Shown here: in pieces, positions 21,276-31,302 of the stretch
Layout of the letters: every line of letters begins with the position of its first letter
How positions within the stretch are numbered: position 1 is the stretch's first letter
Assembly: GCA_036517255.1 (NCBI GenBank)
Contig: DATDXE010000014.1
Coordinates: 9,994-73,993 of the forward strand
From: Minisyncoccota bacterium
GTDB lineage: Bacteria > Patescibacteriota > Minisyncoccia > Phycocordibacterales > WO2-35-19
DNA length: 64,000 bases
Direction of reading: 5' to 3'
Notes under the pieces: model-generated
Databases searched by the model: none
What the model was told of the DNA's origin: nothing
Seen by the model: only the letters and a program-made list of their open reading frames with translations
Program-made: the position numbers and the translations under genes

Positions 21276-22472
21276 ATGAATGAAAAGGAGAAAATAGAAG
21301 AATTACTTACTCGTGGGGTAGCGAAGATTTACCCTAGTAAAGAGGAATTGGAGAAAGTTTTGCAGAGTGGCAAGAAAATAAAACTTTACCAAGGCTTTGA
21401 TCCAACCGGAGACAAACTTCATCTAGGTCACATGGTCGGTTTGCGTAAGCATAGGCAGTGGCAAGACTTGGGACATGAGGTGGTTTTTCTTATTGGTGAT
21501 GGTACTGGAGAGGCGGGAGATCCTACTGGCAAAAAGAAAACAAGAGAGAAATTTTTTACCAGTTCAGAACTTCGAGAAAATGCCAAAGGTTATCTTGAGC
21601 AAGCTTCCAAAATAGTGCGTTTTGACGGGCCGAATCCAATTAAAATTTTGTATAACGGTGATTGGCTAAATAAATTAACAAAAACAGACATTCTAAATAT
21701 AGCCGAGCATTTCTCAGTCCAACAGCTTATTGAGCGAGATATGTTTCAGGAACGTTTGAAAAACGGAGAGTCTATAAATGTTCGAGAGTTTCTTTACCCT
21801 TTACTCCAAGCTTACGATTCTGTAGAGATGGAGGTTGATTTGGAATTGGGGGGCACCGATCAGACTTTCAATATGCTTGCTGGTAGGAGTTTACTCAAAG
21901 CTATGAAAGGTAAAGATAAATTTGTCATGACAACCCCGCTTCTTTCTGATTCTAAGGGAATAAAAATCGGTAAAAGCGAGGGTAATGTGATCGGTTTAAC
22001 AGATGAACCAGCTGATCTTTTTGGTAAAATTATGGCCTTGGGTGATGATGCCGTTATACCTATGTTTAATCTACTGACAGATATATCGACAGAAGAAATA
22101 AATGGTTTTAATACAGATAAAGACGCTATGAATTTGAAAAAACGCGTCGCTACTATTATCATCGGGCAGTTGCACGATGAAGAGAAAGCAAAAGAAGCAC
22201 TAGCAAAATTTGAAAACACTTTTTCTAAAGGGGAGTTTCCAGAAGATGCGGTGGTAGTAGAGGCAGATAAGGAGGAGAAACTTATTGATGTACTGACAGA
22301 GAAAGGGCTTGTAACATCCAAGACTGAATACCGGAGGCTTGTGGAAGCTGGAGCTGTTTCTGACCAAACAAGTTTACCTGACACAAAAATCACTGATCCA
22401 AATGAAGCCGTAGGAAGAGAGAGAAAAATAAAAATAGGTAAGAAAACTTTTATTCTTCTTCGTCTTCGCTAG
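21276..22472 (+). CDS. tyrS: Tyrosine-tRNA ligase
   Basis: GFDPT, HLGH, YPLLQAYD, GGTDQTFN, KIGKS; C-terminal S4 domain. Confidence 0.96.
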   Translation: MNEKEKIEELLTRGVAKIYPSKEELEKVLQSGKKIKLYQGFDPTGDKLHLGHMVGLRKHRQWQDLGHEVVFLIGDGTGEAGDPTGKKKTREKFFTSSELRENAKGYLEQASKIVRFDGPNPIKILYNGDWLNKLTKTDILNIAEHFSVQQLIERDMFQERLKNGESINVREFLYPLLQAYDSVEMEVDLELGGTDQTFNMLAGRSLLKAMKGKDKFVMTTPLLSDSKGIKIGKSEGNVIGLTDEPADLFGKIMALGDDAVIPMFNLLTDISTEEINGFNTDKDAMNLKKRVATIIIGQLHDEEKAKEALAKFENTFSKGEFPEDAVVVEADKEEKLIDVLTEKGLVTSKTEYRRLVEAGAVSDQTSLPDTKITDPNEAVGRERKIKIGKKTFILLRLR

Positions 22473-22578
22473 GGTCCTCTTCCTCCTCTTCATCATCATC
22501 TAGATCACCTAGATCGTCACCTTCTGCATCGTGTAAATTTAGATCAATTTCTCCTAAATCTTTTTCTTCGTCTGGCAT
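22450..22578 (-). CDS. 42-aa hyper-acidic microprotein (not in the ORF track)
   Basis: MPDEEKDLGEIDLNLHDAEGDDLGDLDDDEEEEEDPSEDEEE; co-oriented downstream of ruvC. Confidence 0.55.
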   Translation of the reverse strand: MPDEEKDLGEIDLNLHDAEGDDLGDLDDDEEEEEDPSEDEEE

Positions 22579-22628
22579 GTTTAAATTTATTCTAACTTCT
22601 AATGTGTTTTTATTTTGCTTCAATCAAA

Positions 22629-23171
22629 TTATTTTTCAAATACTTTTTCCTTAAAGTTGTGGATAAGCGCTTCGGAGGTGAGGGCGATGGCGATGGCATC
22701 GTACTCATCATCGTATTTCAGATGCTTAGTTATTTTTAATATTTTCTCCAGCATAAAAATAATTTGTTTTTTGTCGCTCCTGCCATATCCTGTAACCGCC
22801 ATCTTTATTTCATTTGGATGATGCTCTGAAATTTGTAGACCTCTTGAAGCACTTTCAGCTATTATTAGTCCCCTTACTTCTGCCACTTTTAGAGCAGTCT
22901 TCACATTTTTACTAAAAATAAGAGTTTCGATGGCTAATACGTCAGGATCGTATTTAGTTATAACTTTTATTATTTTTTCTAAAACTAGAGCTAGACGTTC
23001 TGGATGGGGAAGCTTGCTATCTGTTTCAAAGCATTCTGAATGAATAAGTGTCGATTTTCTAGCGATGCTTTCTATGACTGCAATTCCTAGCCGGCCATAA
23101 CCCGGATCGATACCGAGAATTTTACTTTTAACTTCACTCAGCATTGGTGTAAACTTCTTGAACTTCATCAT
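22629..23171 (-). CDS. ruvC: Holliday junction resolvase RuvC (start may be 23144)
   Basis: ILGIDPG, VTGYGRSDKKQI, DDEYDAIAIA. Confidence 0.95.
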   Translation of the reverse strand: MMKFKKFTPMLSEVKSKILGIDPGYGRLGIAVIESIARKSTLIHSECFETDSKLPHPERLALVLEKIIKVITKYDPDVLAIETLIFSKNVKTALKVAEVRGLIIAESASRGLQISEHHPNEIKMAVTGYGRSDKKQIIFMLEKILKITKHLKYDDEYDAIAIALTSEALIHNFKEKVFEK

Positions 23172-23667
23172 TATCTTCCAGTTCTTCTATTAGAGTAGAT
23201 AGTTTTTCTCCGTCTGCTTCATTTACGTTTACTTTTATATTTGGAGTCCATTCTCCACTGGCACTTTTGGTAAAAGCCCACGAGGCGGCGCCGGGTGTAG
23301 CTAGTTCGTAACCATTTTCAGATAAAATGTGTTTTATTTCTTGTGCTGCTTTATTTCTATTATCTGTCAGAGCTTCTATGATGATAGCGCATCCTCCTGG
23401 GCCGTATGCTTCGTATGTAATTTGTTCCATTTCACCACTATCGCTACTCAAACCTTTTTTTATAGCCCTATCGATATTGTCGCTCGGCACATTTTCAGCT
23501 TTTGCTTTTTCTATAGCCGTGCGCAGACCGGGAGAGTTTATATCACCCTTAGCCTTCTTTGATTCTACTGTAATAAACCTCACAAGTTTAGAAAAAACTT
23601 TAGCCTTATAAGCATCAGTAACCGCCTTCTTATTCTTTATCTTTGACCATTTATTATGCCCGGACAT
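23134..23667 (-). CDS. yebC: YebC/PmpR family protein (short form)
   Basis: MSGHNKWSKIK, YEAYGPGG, TDNRNK, DEVQEVYTN. Confidence 0.93.
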   Translation of the reverse strand: MSGHNKWSKIKNKKAVTDAYKAKVFSKLVRFITVESKKAKGDINSPGLRTAIEKAKAENVPSDNIDRAIKKGLSSDSGEMEQITYEAYGPGGCAIIIEALTDNRNKAAQEIKHILSENGYELATPGAASWAFTKSASGEWTPNIKVNVNEADGEKLSTLIEELEDNDEVQEVYTNAE

Positions 23668-23671
23668 ATTT

Positions 23672-24688
23672 TTAAAATAACTTATTTTTAGGAAAATCCA
23701 AGTCTAAGTGCTCATAACCTAGTTTGGTGAGGGTGCGGCCGCGGGGAGTGCGTTCGAGGAGGCCGAGACGCAGAAGGTAAGGTTCATTGAATTCTTCTAT
23801 GGTAGCTTCTTCTTCAGCTAGAGCGGCGGCTAAGGTGCCGAGGCCGACAGGGCCTCCTCCGAACTTATCAGCCATTACTTGGAGGAGCTTTCTGTCGGAA
23901 TCGTTTAATCCGAGATGGTCGATGCCTAGGAGTTTCAGGGCGTCATGTATAGCATCCTCATCTAACTCTTTTTTATAGACCTGAGCGAAGTCGCGACTTC
24001 TTTTCAAAAGATAGTTTGCTGTTCTTGGGGTGAAGCGGGCTCTCCCCGCTATTTTCTTGGCTCCTTCTTTACTCAAAGATACACCTAAAATTTTAGCTGA
24101 CCTTTCAATTATTTTTGATAACTCTTCTTCGGTGTAAAACTCTAATCGGAAAACTCCTCCAGAAAAGCGACTGCGAAGTGGGGAAGAGAGCATAGCGATG
24201 CGAGTGGTGGCAGCAATCAAAGTGAAAGGAGGGAGCTCCAGCTGAATAGTGCGTGCCGATGGGCCCTTGCCGATAATAATATCAAGTGAGCCTGATTCCA
24301 TAGCCGGGTAAAGTATTTCCTCTACGGTTTTATTCAGGCGATGTATTTCGTCGATGAAAAGAATATCTCCGGCAGAAAGATTGGTCAGGATAGAAGCTAA
24401 GTCTCCTACTTTTTCTATTGCTGGGCCGGAAGTAATTTTCATTTGCGATGAACTCTCTTTTGCAATGAGGTGAGCTAGAGTGGTTTTACCAAGTCCTGGA
24501 GGGCCATAGAATAAAATATGTTCTGGGGGATGCTTACGTTCTTTGGCAGCTTCCAAAAGAATGTGAACGTTTTTCTTTATTGTTTCTTGACCGATATATT
24601 CATCCCACTTCGAGGGGCGCAGTGTTTGATCGAGAAAATCACCGCTTGCTCCTTCCTCACGCTCTTCCTTTTTGGTGCTTTTAGCCAT
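23672..24688 (-). CDS. ruvB: Holliday junction branch migration helicase RuvB
   Basis: GPPGLGKTT, FIDEIHRL, LERTPRGR. Confidence 0.97.
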   Translation of the reverse strand: MAKSTKKEEREEGASGDFLDQTLRPSKWDEYIGQETIKKNVHILLEAAKERKHPPEHILFYGPPGLGKTTLAHLIAKESSSQMKITSGPAIEKVGDLASILTNLSAGDILFIDEIHRLNKTVEEILYPAMESGSLDIIIGKGPSARTIQLELPPFTLIAATTRIAMLSSPLRSRFSGGVFRLEFYTEEELSKIIERSAKILGVSLSKEGAKKIAGRARFTPRTANYLLKRSRDFAQVYKKELDEDAIHDALKLLGIDHLGLNDSDRKLLQVMADKFGGGPVGLGTLAAALAEEEATIEEFNEPYLLRLGLLERTPRGRTLTKLGYEHLDLDFPKNKLF

Positions 24689-24733
24689 ATGGAGACTTGA
24701 TTATAACTCAAAAAAGCCTCATTTTATCTCGGC

Positions 24734-24762
24734 TTGACATAATTAAGCTAGTATGCTATACT
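24734..24762 (+). promoter_or_regulatory. Near-consensus sigma70 promoter with extended -10
   Basis: TTGACA-17 nt-TATACT with TGn; no downstream ORF. Confidence 0.8.
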
Positions 24763-24769
24763 TCTGTTC

Positions 24770-25002
24770 GAGTTGAAATAAAGCAAGCTGTAAGGTATAA
24801 AACTCTTGCTTTCCAGAATCTTTCACAATCAGCGGCATGAATCTCTAAGCAACGGAAGCCTTACGGCTTTTTGAGCGTTTCTGCGTGGACATTCTGGTAC
24901 TCTATTTCGGTAGAGTGTGCTGGAATTATCCTTGGCGAACCACTTAACTTTTGATGACTATTGAAAGTGTTGCTTAGAGATTCATGCCGCTGATTTTCTT
25001 TT
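24770..25002 (+). ncRNA. Candidate structured ncRNA with a perfect 27-bp closing stem
   Basis: Inverted repeat 24827-24853 / 24969-24995, internal hairpins, U-rich 3' end, dedicated promoter. Confidence 0.6.
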
Positions 25003-25058
25003 AGCACTTTTTCTCTATAAGTTTAATTCTTCACATAAACTGTGCCGAATCAATTATT

Positions 25059-26738
25059 TTATCCCCATAGGTCGATTACTCGCTCCAACTCTTCTAATGA
25101 AGTTACTCCTTTTATTACTTTTATGACGCCATCCTGCTTCATGGTAAGCATGCCTTGATTTTCGGCGGCTTGATTTATCTCTCGTTCGCTTGGATTTTCT
25201 CTAACTATCTTTTCTATATTCTCGTCGGTAATAATAGCTTCGAATATTCCAATTCTGCCTTTGTATCCTGACATATTACACTTTTCGCAACCGCCAGGTT
25301 CAAAAAATTTTTCATAATGTAAATTATCTGCAAAAACTCTATCCTTTACGCCAGAGAGTATTTTGTCGACGATTTCTTTTTCTTGCGGTTTTGGAATGTA
25401 TTCTTTACGACAATCGGGGCAAAGCTTCCTTACTAGTCTCTGGGCCATGGCGATATTTATAGCTGAAGTAATAACTTTTGAGTTTACTCCGAGGTCTACA
25501 AGCCTGGGGAATGTGCCGGCGGCATTGTTAGTGTGTAGGGTAGAAAAAACTAAGTGGCCGGTCAAGGCAGCGTTTACTGCTATCTCTGCTGTTTCGCTGT
25601 CTCTAATTTCGCCGACCATTATGACATCTGGATCCTGACGCAAGGCGCTGCGCAAACCTTCGAGAAAAGTGTAACCTTCTTTTTCGTTTGTTTGAGTCTG
25701 CACTATTCCAGGAAGATGGTATTCAATCGGATTTTCGATGGTGATTATTTTTATATCAGGTGTGTGTATTTTTTTTAGGAATGCATAGAGAGTAGTGGTT
25801 TTACCGCTTCCGGTTGGGCCGGTGTTTAATATCATGCCATTTGGTTTGCGAAGCTCGTGCAATATATTTTCCAGTAATTTATCGGGGATACCAAGTTCTT
25901 CAAGAGGGACAGAGATAGCGTTTGGATTGAGGACCCTTAGTACCACTGATTCACTATAAGCGCCTGGGATGATAGAGGAACGTATTTCTATCTCCTCATC
26001 CCTTATCTTGATACTGAACCGGCCATCCTGAGCTTTTTCTTTGGTGTTCAACTTCATTTCCGAAGTTAGTTTGATACGAGAAATAAGTAATTTATAAGTG
26101 TCGCTGTCGAAGTTCAAAATATCTTTCAGCACTCCATCGAGCCTGTAACGCAAACGCACATAAGTGTCCTCTGGTTCTAGGTGAACATCGGAAGCGTTGA
26201 GAGCGATCGCTCCAGCTAAAATTATTTCTAGTATTTTCGATATACGGTAGCTTTTCTTCTGGGATAGAACTTCCTCGATCATTTTCTTCACATCTTCTAT
26301 ATGGCGAACATTTTCAGTGATGGAGAGTATTTCTTCGTTGGAAATATCAATCGCTCCTGATTTGGTTTCGAAAGAATAGGAAAGATCTTTGTAGCGCAAC
26401 CAGACTTTTTCTAAACTATCTTTAGAGGACATAAAAAGATTTGGGATAAAACCGCGTCTCTTCATATCCTCGATCACTTCGATTGTCATCGGATTGTTGG
26501 GAGAGAATATGGCTAAAGCTACTCTTTTGTCCACGATGTTAAATGGAGCCACTTCCGCTTTGCGAGCTACATCTTCCCTCACTACACGCAGAGCGTCGAT
26601 ATTGATAGGGGAGACAGAGAGGTCGATATAGGGCAAGCTATATTTTTTAGAAAGTTCTCGCGACAAATCTTCTTTTTCTGCATCGCGTATTTCATCCAAC
26701 TTCTGATTCTGCTTTTCTTCATTAAAAATAACAGTCAT
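25059..26738 (-). CDS. pilB: GspE/PilB type IV pilus assembly ATPase
   Basis: ASDVHLEP, GPTGSGKTTTLY, LRQDPDVIMVGEIRD, TGHLVFSTLH, CxxC pairs. Confidence 0.9.
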   Translation of the reverse strand: MTVIFNEEKQNQKLDEIRDAEKEDLSRELSKKYSLPYIDLSVSPINIDALRVVREDVARKAEVAPFNIVDKRVALAIFSPNNPMTIEVIEDMKRRGFIPNLFMSSKDSLEKVWLRYKDLSYSFETKSGAIDISNEEILSITENVRHIEDVKKMIEEVLSQKKSYRISKILEIILAGAIALNASDVHLEPEDTYVRLRYRLDGVLKDILNFDSDTYKLLISRIKLTSEMKLNTKEKAQDGRFSIKIRDEEIEIRSSIIPGAYSESVVLRVLNPNAISVPLEELGIPDKLLENILHELRKPNGMILNTGPTGSGKTTTLYAFLKKIHTPDIKIITIENPIEYHLPGIVQTQTNEKEGYTFLEGLRSALRQDPDVIMVGEIRDSETAEIAVNAALTGHLVFSTLHTNNAAGTFPRLVDLGVNSKVITSAINIAMAQRLVRKLCPDCRKEYIPKPQEKEIVDKILSGVKDRVFADNLHYEKFFEPGGCEKCNMSGYKGRIGIFEAIITDENIEKIVRENPSEREINQAAENQGMLTMKQDGVIKVIKGVTSLEELERVIDLWG

Positions 26739-26757
26739 AAATTAATTGTAACACATG

Positions 26758-26793
26758 ACCTCACCCTGCCCTCCCCTTGTTTAAGGGGAGGGA
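26758..26793. repeat. REP-like short palindromic repeat
   Basis: ACCTCACCCTG-CCCTCCCCTT-GTTT-AAGGGGAGGG. Confidence 0.6.
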
Positions 26794-26872
26794 ATGCGGG
26801 ATCGGGTGTATTTTTTGTTTACCTTGCAAAAAAGCAGTGGGTGTGATATAATATATAGCAGAGGAGATTAGT

Positions 26873-27307
26873 ATGAAAACGAAATCTTTGGTTTTTACCG
26901 TGGTCATTTTGGCCATGGTCCTATCCACCGGCTGTCTAACCAAGGTGAGTGTGTCGGGAGGGCCCAATATCTATACCCCCTCGATCCCAATTCGCGGGGG
27001 GCTGTTTCCACCCCAACTCTTGCTCACCGTGAACAACATCACCACGTTTGTTCTGCGGGTGGACGCCATCTCTTCGGTCGACAGCGTCGCCGTAGAGATC
27101 GTTCAGGGGCAGAAGGCAAACTTGCCTTTCAGGCAGTTTTCGGGAGACTGCCGCGGGCTCAACGTGACGGTTGCCGCTCACAACCCGGAGACTGGGGCAT
27201 TTGTCACGTCCGTCACGCGGACGTACAATGTCTGCGGGGGTCAAAACTTGACCCAGTTCTGGGATGTTCGCCAGGCTGGGAATCAGCAACAAAACGCGAT
27301 CTTTTAA
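26873..27307 (+). CDS. Hypothetical lipoprotein (GC-richer than flanks)
   Basis: Lipobox LSTGC; TG-TATAAT promoter, GAGGAG SD, downstream hairpin at about 27334-27375. Confidence 0.7.
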   Translation: MKTKSLVFTVVILAMVLSTGCLTKVSVSGGPNIYTPSIPIRGGLFPPQLLLTVNNITTFVLRVDAISSVDSVAVEIVQGQKANLPFRQFSGDCRGLNVTVAAHNPETGAFVTSVTRTYNVCGGQNLTQFWDVRQAGNQQQNAIF

Positions 27308-27395
27308 GTTCCTCCCCCGACAGCTGGACAAACCGCCTCGCGACATGGCCAAAGAGCTGTGCGCGAGGCGTTTTTCTTTGTGCTAAAATGCCTTT

Positions 27396-27836
27396 ATGAA
27401 AGAGTATCTCTCCACAAGCACTGAAGAAACCGCCAAGATTGCTCATGATTTTGCTCGCTCCCTTTCCTTTGGAGAGCATCAAGGAGCGAGAGTAGTGGGG
27501 CTCTATGGTGAATTAGGATCGGGCAAAACTACTTTTATGAAATATGTGGCAGAGGCTTTGGGTGTTATCGAAACTGTTCAGAGCCCGACTTTTGTTATTA
27601 TGAAAATATACAAGACCTCACCCTCTAGCATCTTTTCCCATTTGATACACATAGACGCATATAGAATAGAAAAAGAAGAAGAGATGGTACATCTCGGTTG
27701 GTATGAAATAACAGCTCTCCCCAAAAATTTGATTTGTGTCGAGTGGCCAGAAAGGATAGAAGGAATAATGCCTCCGCATAACAAAGTGTTTTTCGAACAC
27801 GTGAATGAAAATGAAAGAAAAATTAAAATCCAATAG
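27396..27836 (+). CDS. tsaE: tRNA t6A biosynthesis ATPase TsaE
   Basis: GELGSGKTTF, VQSPTF, HIDAYR, VEWPE. Confidence 0.95.
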   Translation: MKEYLSTSTEETAKIAHDFARSLSFGEHQGARVVGLYGELGSGKTTFMKYVAEALGVIETVQSPTFVIMKIYKTSPSSIFSHLIHIDAYRIEKEEEMVHLGWYEITALPKNLICVEWPERIEGIMPPHNKVFFEHVNENERKIKIQ

Positions 27837-30249
27837 TAATCAGAATAAAAAATTGGTCCTGCTTGATGCGCACGCTATTATCCATCGGGCATATCACGCC
27901 TTGCCTGACTTTGCGACGAGTAAGGGGGAGCCGACGGGAGCTCTCTATGGACTTGTCCTGATGGTACTTAAAATAGTGGCCGACCTAAAACCCGATTACA
28001 TCGTAGCTGCTTATGACTTGCCTAAACCGACATACAGGCATGAAGTATATAAAGACTATAAAGCCGGCAGAGTAAAAACTGATGATGCGCTCGTGGTGCA
28101 ACTTGAAAAATCGAAAGAACTGTGCGAAGGCCTTGGCATACCAGTGTATTCCAAAGAAGGCTTTGAAGCCGACGATGTACTCGGTACTATTGTAGAAGAA
28201 TTGAAAGGTGATTTAGCAAAATCGGGCATATCAGTGCCAGTAGACATAATTATTGCATCGGGTGATATGGACACGATGCAACTTGTGGGCAAGGGGGTAA
28301 AAGTATATACCTTAAAAAAGGGCCTAACAGATACTATTTTGTATGATGAAAAAGCAGTAAAAGAAAGATTTGGATTTGAACCTAAGCTCTTACCCGATTT
28401 TAAAGGACTTCGTGGTGACCCATCGGATAATATTATCGGTATAAAAGGTATAGGCGAAAAATCAGCCACAGAACTTATTGTAAATTTTGGTAGCATTGAA
28501 AATATATATAAAGAATTAGCGAAGAAAGGGGCGGAAGCTAAATTTGAAAAAGTCGGAATCAAAAAGAGGATAGTAGAACTTTTGAAAGAGGGTAAAGAAG
28601 AAGCGGAGTTTAGTAAAATGCTCGCAACCATCAGGCGAGACGCACCGATAGATTTCAAACTACCAGAGAAAACATGGAAAGAAGGGGTGGATTTGGCGAA
28701 AGCTAAGAAACTTTTTCAGGAACTGGAGTTCAGGAGTATGGGAGGGAAGTTGGAAGCGGTAATAGGGCAAGGAAATAAGCCCGCCCGCCTCGATAGCGAG
28801 AGCGTTTCGGGCGGGGAAATAAGAAAAGAAGAAAAGATTGAAGAAAATATAAACAGAGAAGAGTTGGAGGAGGCGAAGGTGGCGCTGTGGGTAGTGGATT
28901 CAAATAAGACTGATCCGAACTTGGAAGACATTTTGTTTTTTGGTAAGACGGAAGATTTCGCCAAAGCCAAAGAGGAGATATGGAAAGAGATGAAAAAAAG
29001 AGAAAGCGAAAAAGTTTTTGAAGAGATAGAGAGACCTCTCCTGCCTGTCATAAAAAAGATGCAGGAAAGGGGTGTGCTTATCGACGCTAAATTTTTGAGG
29101 GATTTGGACAAAAAATATTCCGATGAGCTTTTCGAGATACAGAAGAAGATTTGGCAGGAAGTGGGAGCGGAATTCAACATCAGTTCTCCGAAGCAACTGG
29201 GGGATGTTTTATTTAATAAATTGAAATTAGAAGTCAAAAATCAAAAGAAAACAGCTGGAGGGGCGAAATCGACCAAAGAATCAGAGCTTGAGAAGATGAG
29301 GGATTTGCACCCTATCATCCCTTTAGTTTTGGAATATAGGGAACTTTCCAAACTACTTTCTACTTATATCCAGCCGATACCAGAGCTTTTAGACAAGGAA
29401 GATAGACTTCATGCCACATTTATCCAAACCGGAGCGGCTACAGGCAGAATGGCTTCCAAAAATCCAAACATGCAGAATATCCCTATCGGCTCGGAGAGAG
29501 GTAGAGTGATAAGGAACGCTTTCCTAGCTCCCAAAGATTTCAAACTAGTAGCTTTCGATTATTCTCAGATAGAACTTCGGATCGCTGCATTTTTATCGGG
29601 TGATAAGAAACTCATAGATATTTTCAAAAGAGGAGAAGACGTACATACGGGCGTGGCCAGTTCTGTTTTTGGAGTCGCTCCTCTAGAAGTGACTAAAGAA
29701 ATGAGAAGAAAAGCCAAAGTGATAAACTTCGGCATACTTTATGGTATGGGGGTGAATGCTCTTAGGGTAAATTTGGGGACAGAAAGGAAGGAGGCCCAAG
29801 AATTTTACAATAAATATTTTGAAGAATTTTCTGGCCTAGCTAAGTACTTGGAAAGTACTAAAGAAGAGGCATATAAAAATGGATTTACCAAAACATTTTT
29901 TGGTAGGCGCAGATATTTCGAGGGCATCAAATCCAAACTACCTTTCATCCGAGCTTCAGCAGAGAGGATGGCTATAAACGCGCCTATACAAGGCACGAGT
30001 GCTGACATCATAAAAATTGCTATGAATAGAGTGGACGAGTGGGTAGAGAAAGAGGGGTTAGCAGGAAAAGTGTATCTGACAATGCAGATCCACGATGAAC
30101 TGATGTATGAGATAGAGGAAGGCGTGGTGGAGAAGGTGGTGCCGGAAATAAAAAAAATAATGCAGGACGTTATTTTACCTGACGATATTAGAGGAGTACC
30201 AATTATCGTCAATTCAAGCGTGGGTAATAATTGGGGAGAGATGAAATAA
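27805..30249 (+). CDS. polA: DNA polymerase I
   Basis: 5'-3' exonuclease (EADD, GDPSDNI) and polymerase motifs DYSQIELR, KVINFGILYG, QIHDE. Confidence 0.97.
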   Translation: MKMKEKLKSNSNQNKKLVLLDAHAIIHRAYHALPDFATSKGEPTGALYGLVLMVLKIVADLKPDYIVAAYDLPKPTYRHEVYKDYKAGRVKTDDALVVQLEKSKELCEGLGIPVYSKEGFEADDVLGTIVEELKGDLAKSGISVPVDIIIASGDMDTMQLVGKGVKVYTLKKGLTDTILYDEKAVKERFGFEPKLLPDFKGLRGDPSDNIIGIKGIGEKSATELIVNFGSIENIYKELAKKGAEAKFEKVGIKKRIVELLKEGKEEAEFSKMLATIRRDAPIDFKLPEKTWKEGVDLAKAKKLFQELEFRSMGGKLEAVIGQGNKPARLDSESVSGGEIRKEEKIEENINREELEEAKVALWVVDSNKTDPNLEDILFFGKTEDFAKAKEEIWKEMKKRESEKVFEEIERPLLPVIKKMQERGVLIDAKFLRDLDKKYSDELFEIQKKIWQEVGAEFNISSPKQLGDVLFNKLKLEVKNQKKTAGGAKSTKESELEKMRDLHPIIPLVLEYRELSKLLSTYIQPIPELLDKEDRLHATFIQTGAATGRMASKNPNMQNIPIGSERGRVIRNAFLAPKDFKLVAFDYSQIELRIAAFLSGDKKLIDIFKRGEDVHTGVASSVFGVAPLEVTKEMRRKAKVINFGILYGMGVNALRVNLGTERKEAQEFYNKYFEEFSGLAKYLESTKEEAYKNGFTKTFFGRRRYFEGIKSKLPFIRASAERMAINAPIQGTSADIIKIAMNRVDEWVEKEGLAGKVYLTMQIHDELMYEIEEGVVEKVVPEIKKIMQDVILPDDIRGVPIIVNSSVGNNWGEMK

Positions 30250-30250
30250 A

Positions 30251-30967
30251 ATGCTGTATTTAATAATCGGAGCGAATAAAGAAGGGGTAGATAGAGAAAT
30301 CGCTAAAGTGGCGAAAGGGGAGAGTATTTTGAAGATAGATAGCCTGTCGTGGGAGGTTGATATGGTGAGGGGGCTTATTGAGTCGAGCTCTTTGTTCGGA
30401 AGTGATGCAGAAGCTATCGTATTTGAAAGTGTTTTGGAGAATGAGGAAGCTAGGAATTTGATGGCAGGATTTGCGCTAAGGATGAATGGTTCCTCAAAAA
30501 AGTTTTTTATAGTGGAAGGTGAGACAGAAAAAGAAATGATAGAAGTCTTTGAAAAAGTTGAAGCAAAGATTTTTGATTTGAGAGAAGAGAAGAAAAATAG
30601 TTGGCAGAAGAAAGGGAAAGAAGTGGCGGGCTACAGTCCCTTCGCTTTGGGGGATGCTGTAGGCAAGGGGAGTGCTAAAGAGGCCTGGATAGAATATGTA
30701 AAAGCGAGAGGTTTTGGAGTGGGACCGGAGGAACTGCACTCACGGGTGTGGGGAAAGGTGAGAGATATGATCGCATCAGAGACTGCTCTTCCAGAAGAAA
30801 TAGGCATTCATCCCTTTGTTCATAAAAAAGCTAAAGCAGATTTGAGGAATTGGCCAAAATTAAAATTACAAAATTTCGCCGACTCGCTTGTAGCTATTTA
30901 TCACCTTGCGCGTATGGGAGGTGAGGACCTCGATGTGGCTTTGGAAAAAACTCTCCTTACCATCTAA
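30251..30967 (+). CDS. DNA polymerase III delta (HolA)-like protein
   Basis: MLYLIIG start, SLFG, FALGDA, IHPFVHKK. Confidence 0.6.
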   Translation: MLYLIIGANKEGVDREIAKVAKGESILKIDSLSWEVDMVRGLIESSSLFGSDAEAIVFESVLENEEARNLMAGFALRMNGSSKKFFIVEGETEKEMIEVFEKVEAKIFDLREEKKNSWQKKGKEVAGYSPFALGDAVGKGSAKEAWIEYVKARGFGVGPEELHSRVWGKVRDMIASETALPEEIGIHPFVHKKAKADLRNWPKLKLQNFADSLVAIYHLARMGGEDLDVALEKTLLTI

Positions 30968-30968
30968 A

Positions 30969-31301
30969 CTAGTATCTAAGTCGGAGAAAATTTATATTTT
31001 TTATAAAGCTGGTATTACGATAAGTAAAACGAGATAGACTGACAATACTCCAAGCAAAAACGGCTGCCAGGATGATTTGGGAAACAGCCTCAGTATTTTT
31101 GACTGCAGCGAGAATAAAATTTAAGGCTCCTTCAAGATTATCCTTGGGCAAGTTCTGAACAACATTTTGAATAGAGACAAAAGAAAAAAGCCAAAAAGCA
31201 AAAGCTAAAGGCAATGCATACTCTGCATTTTTCATAACAAAATTTTTACCGTAGATTATGTAAATGCGTCGCATGACGCGAGTTTGGAGTTCGATGTTCA
31301 T
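30969..31301 (-). CDS. Two-TM membrane protein, putative anti-sigma factor
   Basis: Directly downstream of the ECF sigma gene; hydrophobic. Confidence 0.55.
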   Translation of the reverse strand: MNIELQTRVMRRIYIIYGKNFVMKNAEYALPLAFAFWLFSFVSIQNVVQNLPKDNLEGALNFILAAVKNTEAVSQIILAAVFAWSIVSLSRFTYRNTSFIKNINFLRLRY

Positions 31302-31302
31302 A

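Noticed and set aside
23134-30967. Shortened YebC, PolA middle region and HolA-like protein as pseudogenes
   Set aside because: Frames are intact with terminal motifs retained; consistent with genome streamlining.
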